This document shows, piece by piece, positions 15,089 to 22,528 of a stretch of 27,335 nucleotides of DNA. How positions within the stretch are numbered: the stretch's first letter is position 1; each line of letters begins with the position of its first letter. This stretch comes from a virus. Lineage: Duplodnaviria > Caudoviricetes. The stretch spans positions 1 through 27,335 of IMG/VR virus record IMGVR_UViG_3300044638_000670; one strand, written 5' to 3'. The notes under the pieces were generated by a model. It was not told where the DNA came from. It worked only from the letters and a program-made list of their open reading frames with translations, and ran no database searches. The translations under genes were made by a program, and so were the position numbers.

Positions 15089-17882
15089 CTAACAACTCTT
15101 TTGGTACTTCGTACTGGAATGCGTACACATGGATAGGTGGGGTCGTCATACCGGCTTTCCAACCAGTAGACAGTCGCATCTTCTTCGACTCTAACTTGAC
15201 GGTCGATTTCTCCAAGGCTTTCTCAAACTCAGCCGTGCCTACGCTACGACTAGTCAGGTACTGCTTGAATTTATTCTTGGAGACATACTGCGTCGAGTTA
15301 CCGATCTCAACACGGGCTACGAGTTCACCAAACGGCTCGTTCACTACCCGGCCTTCGTCAAAGATCAACGTGCCCTTACGCCAGTGGTCGTTCAAGAACT
15401 CACCGATCAGACCTTCATAGTCTGTGATGCTGTTCTTCTGGGTGTTATCCCGGACTTTGATTGTTTCAAGTATCACTTTGTCAAATATCCTTTCTATGTC
15501 GAAGTTAATAATACCCGCCTCGTTAGCAATCTCCGCACCGGCAAAGATGGCACTGAAGGCGGTCTCGTAGAAGCGGAAGGCTGCGTTGCTGCCCAGTTTC
15601 GTACCGGTTACACGCTTACTCCACTTCTGAATACGGGCGCGGATCTCCGTGTCGCCCATCGTCAAGAGCTTATCCATGAAGGCAACTCCGGCATGACCGT
15701 GGTTGCGATGCAGTGGGTCGAAGATCTCTTTACCGACTTCCAAAGTCAGGTACGACGGCGGGACAAGCACGTACTCCAAGAGGCGCATGATCTCGCCACT
15801 TGCGTTAGCTTTCTTATTGAAGATCAGGTCGTACAGCGAGACGTTCGATGACATCAAGCACAGCATGGAGGCAATCTCCTGCTGCTCACGCTCGGCGTTA
15901 ATCGAACTCTGCATACGCATCTTGCCCTTGCCTTGAGAGACAAGGTGGATCAGCTTCGATATCTGCTCAGGCGGTTTCTCCTGAATCTCGTCCATGCCCA
16001 TCATGATGTTCTTGAGCGACATGGCGCGGCTGTTGAAGGCGTTGTCCGTAGACTCGTACACGCTCAGCGGCTTGGGCGAACCCCATACAGAGAGTGCTGC
16101 ATAGAGCGACCCAGACTTGGCTGCGCCTGACGTACCCGTGAAGCAGAACGTCATACCGTTTGTGGATGTAAACCGCATCAGCGGGGAGCCAAACGAGATA
16201 AACAAGCCGAACGCTTGCATCTCCAACTCAGGGCGGTTCAGTTGATTGATGCAATCCTTCCAAACCTGAAAGTCACCCTTCGGACGCATAAGGCGCGATA
16301 TGTCACGTATTAGGGGACTGGATGCCGCCCTGCGAGTGACCCCGTTGCCAAGGACTTCGGTCTCACCGATCAAGAACGATTCGTTGCCTTCCGTCCACCC
16401 CATCTGGTGACAGATCTTGTCGGCAGCGTTCTGGCTCTGTAGGTAGTGTGCCCATTTCATAATGTAATCCACGATCTTAGGCCATAGGTTCTGGTTCGGC
16501 GGTGCGATACCGGCCTTGCCAAGAATGTCTTTCAGGCTATCAACCGACTGCGCTTCGCCCATCGAGATGTACTTCTCACGGACTTCGTGAGGCAGTTTGA
16601 TCCGGACAAGGAACAGTTCACCGTCCGACTCACCGTACATTCGCTTGATGGGGAAGAATTCATTAGTCGATATCAGTACCGGCTGTGGCTGGATCTTTAC
16701 TCCATCGTCGTCTTCTTCGGAGGGGGGTAAGTAGTAAACTCCCCCGGCTCGTCCTCGTACATAGGGTAGGATCGCTTTAGGAAATGGCGGAACTTCTTGG
16801 GGATTCGCCTCGACCCGAACTGCGACCTCCTCGGTGACTTCCTCTGCCGGGGCTGCAACAAACTTCCTTCCAATGGCAAGTGGGTTGGTGATTCGTCCCT
16901 TATGAGGACATCCGTCACATCCACCGGGGTTTCGTTGCGCGAAAATCTCGCAACTATGCGGTTTACCAAACGTTTCATTCGCTTTCCTAAGTGTGGCTTC
17001 AGGGCTATATCCGGGGTAATCCTCGGACATCAAGTGGATGGCGGTTTCCCAATCCGTGCAGTGCCGTGCGATAGACAACGCCGAGTGCCACACAGGTTCA
17101 GGCAGGGTCTTGGAGTTGATCAGGGCATTCCTGATCTGGTTGCAACCGCTACCGTCCAGACTCATCTCAGCGATGTCTTGAAAGGTAACTTCAAAGTTGT
17201 CGAACTTGGCTATCTGCCGGGTATCGTCGTCCAGTCCCTTCGGCACAAGATCAAGAATTGATCCGGTCGATATCTCCACTTCACCTAAGTAATATTTAAA
17301 GGCGGCGAAGTCGTACTGGTTGATCTCGTCTGTCAGGAACGAAGTCGGGTTCGGGGGATCAGTCTTGAAGTTCAACGTCTCAGGGCAACGCATAATCCGG
17401 GTGATGTCAGCCGTCACCACAGGATCAATCTTCATATGATCCAAGCAGAGTTGCTTGAACTTCTCTGCATACGCCTTCCACTCTGCAATCGGCACGGCTT
17501 CTTCAAACGGCCAGTACGCGTGAATGCCGTTACCTGAGTCAATAACGACAGGCGGGGGAAGTTCTGTCACTTTTAGGAAATGATCTAGGTCTTCGATTGC
17601 CTCGGCCTTACTACTGTAATGACCGGGCTTATCTGGTTTGACATCTAGATCAACAAAGAAAGAACGGCAAGACAAAGCGTAGTCGCCCATACGACTATGG
17701 CCGCTGAAATTACTCAGAGCAATGAACGCATTCTTGCCTTCTGAATTGATCTGTTCGACTAAGTTCTCAACCTCGTCAAGGCTCTCTGCAAACCGATTAA
17801 CTACCTTCTTGTCTACAGCAATCTCGGTAACGCAGTAGATGCCATGCGGGGGCAGTACTTTCTCGTAAAATTGTTTTCGCAT
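15063..17882 (-). CDS. Primase-helicase: RepB/AEP primase + Cys-rich primase C-terminal domain + DUF927/Cch-like helicase
   Basis: AEP motifs FFVDLD, SGNGIHAYW and DITRIMRCP..LNFK. Cys cluster GCNQI...RHC...HSC...GGCDGCPH. QMGW (DUF927), Walker A-like GTSGAAKS and Walker B MGMDE. The start is placed at ATG 17882 (MRKQFY) because the upstream extension runs through a terminator hairpin. Confidence 0.85.
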   Translation of the reverse strand: MRKQFYEKVLPPHGIYCVTEIAVDKKVVNRFAESLDEVENLVEQINSEGKNAFIALSNFSGHSRMGDYALSCRSFFVDLDVKPDKPGHYSSKAEAIEDLDHFLKVTELPPPVVIDSGNGIHAYWPFEEAVPIAEWKAYAEKFKQLCLDHMKIDPVVTADITRIMRCPETLNFKTDPPNPTSFLTDEINQYDFAAFKYYLGEVEISTGSILDLVPKGLDDDTRQIAKFDNFEVTFQDIAEMSLDGSGCNQIRNALINSKTLPEPVWHSALSIARHCTDWETAIHLMSEDYPGYSPEATLRKANETFGKPHSCEIFAQRNPGGCDGCPHKGRITNPLAIGRKFVAAPAEEVTEEVAVRVEANPQEVPPFPKAILPYVRGRAGGVYYLPPSEEDDDGVKIQPQPVLISTNEFFPIKRMYGESDGELFLVRIKLPHEVREKYISMGEAQSVDSLKDILGKAGIAPPNQNLWPKIVDYIMKWAHYLQSQNAADKICHQMGWTEGNESFLIGETEVLGNGVTRRAASSPLIRDISRLMRPKGDFQVWKDCINQLNRPELEMQAFGLFISFGSPLMRFTSTNGMTFCFTGTSGAAKSGSLYAALSVWGSPKPLSVYESTDNAFNSRAMSLKNIMMGMDEIQEKPPEQISKLIHLVSQGKGKMRMQSSINAEREQQEIASMLCLMSSNVSLYDLIFNKKANASGEIMRLLEYVLVPPSYLTLEVGKEIFDPLHRNHGHAGVAFMDKLLTMGDTEIRARIQKWSKRVTGTKLGSNAAFRFYETAFSAIFAGAEIANEAGIINFDIERIFDKVILETIKVRDNTQKNSITDYEGLIGEFLNDHWRKGTLIFDEGRVVNEPFGELVARVEIGNSTQYVSKNKFKQYLTSRSVGTAEFEKALEKSTVKLESKKMRLSTGWKAGMTTPPIHVYAFQYEVPKELLDDNKGSGA

Positions 17883-17902
17883 GAACACCAACCCACTTAG
17901 AT

Positions 17903-17931
17903 AAAAAAGGCGGGGCGACAGCCACCCCGCC
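17903..17931 (-). terminator. Intrinsic (Rho-independent) terminator
   Basis: The minus strand reads GGCGGGGTGG-CTG-TCGCCCCGCC followed by TTTTTT: a 10-bp GC-rich stem with two G-U pairs plus a U6 tract. Confidence 0.85.
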
Positions 17932-17947
17932 AACCACGAGTAGCACC

Positions 17948-18259
17948 TCAAATAGTTCGGCCAATCATCTCCTCTATGTAGGTCTTTGCTTGTTTAAGGT
18001 TGTGTGCAGGGAGTGTACCGGCCTCGATATCCTGCTTGACAAGGTGCATGAAAGCCTCGACTAACTTGCGCTTGTCTTCGTACATCATCTGACCCCTAAA
18101 CCACAAATGCACCGTATTACGGGAGACATTCAACGCTTCGGCTACGTATACAACCGGAAGGTTCGCTTCAACACATAGGCGACCAAGTTGTACTCCTAAC
18201 AGAGTAGCGTCTGCCTGTTGCAGTTGAAGTAGCAACTTGTCGCCGTACGTGCGAGGCAT
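17948..18259 (-). CDS. XRE/Cro-like helix-turn-helix protein
   Basis: 103 aa. LPVVYVAEALNVSRNTVHLWFRG fits the HTH pattern. Confidence 0.8.
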   Translation of the reverse strand: MPRTYGDKLLLQLQQADATLLGVQLGRLCVEANLPVVYVAEALNVSRNTVHLWFRGQMMYEDKRKLVEAFMHLVKQDIEAGTLPAHNLKQAKTYIEEMIGRTI

Positions 18260-18262
18260 TGA

Positions 18263-19144
18263 TCAACCCTTCTTAGACCATTTCTTGATGACATCCGCTG
18301 CGTCTCCAGACGGCGCAGCCGGTTCAACCTTCTTGGTCTCACGAACGACGGGTTCAGCAACAGCCGTTTCATCTACAGGATTGAATGTAGCACTCGTAGC
18401 CGTAGCGACAACCACGGTCTCCTCGCCTTCATCCTGCTGATACACGGTCAACTTAACAGCGTTCTCCGCTGCCTTCGTTTCCTTCTGACGCTGCACAGCC
18501 TCAGCGTCCCCTTCAGGTACAACGCCAATAGGCGAGAACAGCAACTTCGGTACAGGCGACTTGGTGTCAAACTGCATCTTAGTCACTACGCGACCTGCCG
18601 AGATGTTGTTGTTAGCAAGCATCTGGATGTACGGACGGAACGGATACTTACCGCTCTCTTCCTTGCCAAAGCAAGACGTAGCCGGGAGAACCAACTGCAT
18701 GACATCCCCGTTCGGATCTTGCGGCAGGACAACAGCCGTACGCCACGACAAACGACAAGCAGCACCGCTGCCGCCTTGACCAGAACCCTTCACAGAGTAC
18801 TGACACTTGTCACAAGCGGAGGCTTGCGGATTCTTCACTTCCGGGTCAGGAACCTTAGAGTCTGACGACCAACAAACCGGAGCGATCTTCTCACCTTCCT
18901 TGTATGCACCCGTGTAGTAAGTGCGGCTCGGTGCGTGAGCCATCTTCACAAAGATCACATTCATGTGACGATCTTCGATGGAGCCGATCTCCTTACCCCC
19001 CGCCATCTTGCGGAACACGCCGCCCTTGATAGAGATGCGCTTAGCGGCACCGCCACCACCGGCAACTGCACGGGTATCGTCATCAACACCACCCTGAATC
19101 TGGGCGAGTTGGTTCTTCAAACTTGTAATAATGTCGTTACTCAT
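18263..19144 (-). CDS. Conserved phage replication protein, probable Zn-binding ssDNA-binding protein
   Basis: Start at ATG 19144 (MSNDII) with a GAGGA RBS. Contains RISIKGGVF, SRTYY.G.Y, CWS.D and CDKC...C, a beta-rich core and a low-complexity C-terminal tail. It sits inside the replication module. The SSB function is inferred. Confidence 0.5.
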   Translation of the reverse strand: MSNDIITSLKNQLAQIQGGVDDDTRAVAGGGGAAKRISIKGGVFRKMAGGKEIGSIEDRHMNVIFVKMAHAPSRTYYTGAYKEGEKIAPVCWSSDSKVPDPEVKNPQASACDKCQYSVKGSGQGGSGAACRLSWRTAVVLPQDPNGDVMQLVLPATSCFGKEESGKYPFRPYIQMLANNNISAGRVVTKMQFDTKSPVPKLLFSPIGVVPEGDAEAVQRQKETKAAENAVKLTVYQQDEGEETVVVATATSATFNPVDETAVAEPVVRETKKVEPAAPSGDAADVIKKWSKKG

Positions 19145-19151
19145 AAATTCC

Positions 19152-19547
19152 TCACTTACTGGCTTTACGCACTGAAACACCGTACTCACGCATCACATTT
19201 ACTCCCGGCGGTAAACCGTCCATAGCGGTCTCCGAAAGGAATTGCTTAAAGTTGCTCTGATGGATGCGTCTCTCAAGCAACTGAACTGCCTCAGCATCTA
19301 AAACGAACTTGTAGAAATTCTCCCAGTCTTGGCAGAAGAAACGTTCGTTCAACTTCCGCATGACTGTGCCGTGCTTCGTTTTGATACTGTCAGCATTGAC
19401 TGCATTACACATCTCAAGCATGACTGCTTCCAACTTAGCCATGTCTTCTTTCAACTTGGCATCTGCTAACTCGTACTCGCGGAGCAACTTATCGCGCTCC
19501 GAGCGTATTAACAAATACGCTTCAACTAATTCATCTGTGTTACCCAT
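19152..19547 (-). CDS. Conserved phage protein, coiled-coil + small beta domain (Gam/Gp157-like architecture)
   Basis: 131 aa. An N-terminal coiled coil is followed by SIKTKHGTV...DWENFYKFV...LLERRI...LPPGV. Confidence 0.6.
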   Translation of the reverse strand: MGNTDELVEAYLLIRSERDKLLREYELADAKLKEDMAKLEAVMLEMCNAVNADSIKTKHGTVMRKLNERFFCQDWENFYKFVLDAEAVQLLERRIHQSNFKQFLSETAMDGLPPGVNVMREYGVSVRKASK

Positions 19548-21135
19548 TTTCTACTTCCTCTAACTCCTGCTTGTACAGGTCTACTAACTTTTGATGATCG
19601 TCAACTTTGCCTTGGAGCATGGTGTAGATCTTCTTCTCAACTTCCGATCCACGCAGATGCACCACTGACATTTTGTTGACTTGGCCTACTCTCTCAATAC
19701 GAGCAATGCACTGTAGATACGTCTCTACTGACATCACCGGTGCCCAGAAAACAACCGTGTCAGCAGCAGTTAGCGTTACGCCGTGTGATGCCGATTGAGG
19801 CTGAATAATCAGGACTCTGGGATCTGTCGCAGTTTGGAATCGGTTGATAATGTCGTGCCGATTCTGTGCCGAAACACTCCCGTTTATTACCTCGTTCGTT
19901 ATGCCTTCTTTCGTCAGGAACTCCCCAACGATGTCGATAGCATGAAGGAACGGAACAAATACTACAACCTTGTTGGTAGTTTCTTCAAGCACTTCTTTGA
20001 GCGCATTTAAACGAGGTGCGATGTCGAACTGCACAACGTCATGCTTGTCCGTGTACACAGCCCCCGAGGATATCTGTAGAAGTTTGTTAAGAGCCGCTGC
20101 CGCATTGACGGCGGAGACTTGCTCTCCGGCTGCTTCTATCAGTAATTGCTTTTTTAACGCATAGTAATACTTGGACGCCTGCGGGCTTAGCTGTACGTCT
20201 CGGGTTTGGTAAATAATTTCTGGGAGATCCAGACATTCCTTCTTGGTGTATCTAATCGCCGGTTGTAGGGCACGGTACACCTCGTCTGTGGCTACGTTCT
20301 TTGGAACCCATTTGAACTTACTGACCTGTGCCATAACACGGTCACGCCATGCAGTTGAGAACTTGGGGACACGACCGGGGCTGATTAACTTAGCCAAACC
20401 ATACGCATCGACCGGAGACTGTGCGGCAGGGGTTCCCGTCAGCATCCATAGCCACGTGTCTGCTTGAATTAACTTGGCAAGATTCTTCCACCGCTTTGTG
20501 CTTGGACTCTTATAGGCATTGGCTTCGTCAATAACAATGAGATCGAACTTGGCTTGCTGCAAGTCTTCTAGTATGACTGCTGTGCCGTCATAGTTAATGA
20601 TCGTAAAGTCAAAGTTCTCTTCTAGTATCTTCTTACGCTTTGAGGCCGAGCCGTGTGCGACCCCGCACGTTCTGTGCATCGCCGTCTTGAAGATGTCGGC
20701 TTGCCATGCTGAATACATAATTGACAACGGGCAGATGACTAGTACTTTCTTGATGATGCCCTGTTTCATCAGATAGTCAGCAGCCCAGACTACCGCCGAT
20801 GTCTTGCCTGTCCCGGCTTCGTTAAAGCAGAAGGCTCGTTGGCGCAGGGACAAGAACTCTGCTGTGTCACGTTGGTGATCAAACGGTTTGTACAATCCCG
20901 GCCAGTCGTAGTCCCTCTGCATGGGCGAGGGGATCTTGGGTACGTTGGGATTTGGGAGGTAACGATCTAGGTACTCAGCGAGAGTTTTCATCTCGCCGTG
21001 ATCCCAACAGATCAGGACTTCCTTACTATGCTTGTTGTCTTTGAGGATTTCGCTACGTTCTAGCCGAGATGTGATTTCGGTAGCGAAGTTATTGGATGCG
21101 GTTATTTGCACCGCTGCGTTATCTACTATTTGCAT
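19540..21135 (-). CDS. SNF2-family (SF2) helicase/translocase
   Basis: Q motif PFDHQ, Walker A EAGTGKT, LVICPLS, Walker B IVIDEA, motif III LTGTP, motif V HGVTLT and motif VI QCIARIERVGQ. Confidence 0.92.
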   Translation of the reverse strand: MQIVDNAAVQITASNNFATEITSRLERSEILKDNKHSKEVLICWDHGEMKTLAEYLDRYLPNPNVPKIPSPMQRDYDWPGLYKPFDHQRDTAEFLSLRQRAFCFNEAGTGKTSAVVWAADYLMKQGIIKKVLVICPLSIMYSAWQADIFKTAMHRTCGVAHGSASKRKKILEENFDFTIINYDGTAVILEDLQQAKFDLIVIDEANAYKSPSTKRWKNLAKLIQADTWLWMLTGTPAAQSPVDAYGLAKLISPGRVPKFSTAWRDRVMAQVSKFKWVPKNVATDEVYRALQPAIRYTKKECLDLPEIIYQTRDVQLSPQASKYYYALKKQLLIEAAGEQVSAVNAAAALNKLLQISSGAVYTDKHDVVQFDIAPRLNALKEVLEETTNKVVVFVPFLHAIDIVGEFLTKEGITNEVINGSVSAQNRHDIINRFQTATDPRVLIIQPQSASHGVTLTAADTVVFWAPVMSVETYLQCIARIERVGQVNKMSVVHLRGSEVEKKIYTMLQGKVDDHQKLVDLYKQELEEVENG

Positions 21136-21290
21136 ACTGTACCTTTGTTACTAAAGGCCCGTATCGTGGGCTAGACGGCTGACGCCTAGGGGGAATCATC
21201 GAGGTAGCGAGTCCCTATCGTCAACTGGCGCGGTTATTGGGGGGAGAAGTGGGTGGGAAACTCCCCTACAGCACACTCACGCCTCGTGCA
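21136..21290 (-). ncRNA. Candidate structured RNA / leader of the SNF2 gene
   Basis: 155-bp intergenic stretch, the longest in the window. Four hairpins can be found by eye, and their G-U wobbles favour the minus strand (see findings). Confidence 0.45.
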
Positions 21291-21545
21291 TTATTTCATA
21301 GCACCGCTAGAAGTTCTACGGAAAGAACGGTTTTTTGAAGGTGGCTCCAACTTAGTTCCTGTTGAGTTACTGCCACCTTTGGATAGCGCCTTAACGTGGG
21401 CGATATCCTTACCCTTTCGGCTAATACCTTTCTTGTCATAGGATCGCCTCGCACGCTGGCGCTCCATGCGGTTCTCGTGTTCGCCACGCTCAACCTGCTG
21501 CTTGTATTCCTTCTTGTATGGCCGTGCCTTGTTTACGTATGGCAT
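21291..21545 (-). CDS. Small basic HNH-like protein (degenerate HNH endonuclease fold)
   Basis: 84 aa, very K/R-rich. GKDIAHVKALSKGGSN...NRS matches DH..PLSKGG.N...N, but there are no Zn Cys pairs and the central Asn appears to be absent. Confidence 0.7.
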   Translation of the reverse strand: MPYVNKARPYKKEYKQQVERGEHENRMERQRARRSYDKKGISRKGKDIAHVKALSKGGSNSTGTKLEPPSKNRSFRRTSSGAMK

Positions 21546-21873
21546 TTAATTGCTCCTCTGGAATCCAACACGTTGCTACCAAGACACGTTGGTTGCGTCC
21601 TGATTTACCCGGCTTACGGATGCCGGTGTCTATGATCATACCCCTGTCAAGCAACGCTCTGTATCTAGCCGTGATTGAACTGTATGGGTATGTCGGGTAA
21701 ATCGCTCTTACGTTATCGCTAATACAACCGTCTGCACCGAAACCCCTTATGGCTTCGTAGACCATTCTTTCTAACTTGGTTGTATCTACATCTCTCGCTG
21801 CTTCATGACTCGTATCGGGATCGTCTTGTCTAACTAAATAAAACGGATCTGTACCGAAAATATCTCTATTCAT
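21490..21873 (-). CDS. Small phage protein, probable winged-helix DNA-binding
   Basis: Start at ATG 21873 (MNRDIF) with an AGGAG RBS. Contains R.DDPDTSHEAA and SSITARYRALLDRGMIIDTG.RK.G.SGR.QRV, a wHTH-like pattern. Confidence 0.65.
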   Translation of the reverse strand: MNRDIFGTDPFYLVRQDDPDTSHEAARDVDTTKLERMVYEAIRGFGADGCISDNVRAIYPTYPYSSITARYRALLDRGMIIDTGIRKPGKSGRNQRVLVATCWIPEEQLNAIRKQGTAIQEGIQAAG

Positions 21874-21874
21874 A

Positions 21875-22528
21875 CTATCGCTCCTTATAAAACTTACATG
21901 CACTAACTGGACACCATCCGCACAAACCCCCCGGTTTCGCCATCCACATATTGTTGTCGTAAGAGATCTGAATTGCACTTAGCACTGGAAGGAAGCTCTC
22001 CCAGAGTTTGTTTATGTCAGATCTCGCATACTCTTCAGTTACGAAAGTATTGTGCATCACGAACAACAAGCCCGCCTTGATCCGCTCAACTTCAGGAAAG
22101 TGAGCAAAGGTCATCAAGGCCATCAACTTTAACTGCTTCGGGTCAGGGTAGCGGTTGCTGCCGGTCTTGTAGTCCACGATGTAAGCATCGGCACCGTCCA
22201 CAATCAACAAGTCAACGATACCCCGTACCCACCTATCCTCCGAATCGAACGCGCACGGCTCGTGAGTTTTTGATATTGCCATCTCATGCTCACAATATCG
22301 CGAGCCGGCTATCGCGATTAGCGCGTCTAACTGTGGCTTAAAACGTTCATAATTCTTGGCAAGTGGTGTCCCGTCACGGACGTAATCCTCGCAAGCCTTG
22401 TGGACAGCCGTACCATAGAGCATCTGCTCCGTGGTTTTCTTAACAAAGTCCTTGGCTACCTTGGTGTGGTAGTACTGCTTCGGACAATTTATGTAGTCTT
22501 TAAGACTGCTGAACGACCACTGAATCAC
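21875..22528 (-). CDS. Cas4-like PD-(D/E)XK exonuclease with Fe-S Cys motif
   Basis: GTG start coupled to the polymerase stop (TAGTG). Contains WSFSSLKDYINCPKQYY, GTAVHKACE, RGIVDLL, IVDYKTG, QL and a C-terminal CGWCPVSAC (1+3 Cys). Confidence 0.88.
   Translation of the reverse strand: MIQWSFSSLKDYINCPKQYYHTKVAKDFVKKTTEQMLYGTAVHKACEDYVRDGTPLAKNYERFKPQLDALIAIAGSRYCEHEMAISKTHEPCAFDSEDRWVRGIVDLLIVDGADAYIVDYKTGSNRYPDPKQLKLMALMTFAHFPEVERIKAGLLFVMHNTFVTEEYARSDINKLWESFLPVLSAIQISYDNNMWMAKPGGLCGWCPVSACKFYKER

Noticed and set aside
17883-17951. N-terminal extension of primase-helicase in the ORF track
   Set aside because: It runs through the terminator hairpin; ATG 17882 is more plausible. Similar over-extensions were trimmed for the ORFs starting at 19189, 21978, 22567 and 24725.
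21136-21290. tRNA, hammerhead ribozyme or simple terminator
   Set aside because: There is no cloverleaf or T-loop, no CUGANGA/GAAA core on either strand, and no long U-tract after the stems.
21253-21441. Plus-strand 62-aa ORF and other short antisense/alternate-frame ORFs across the window
   Set aside because: They lie opposite or within well-supported genes, run against the operon direction and have no recognisable motifs.
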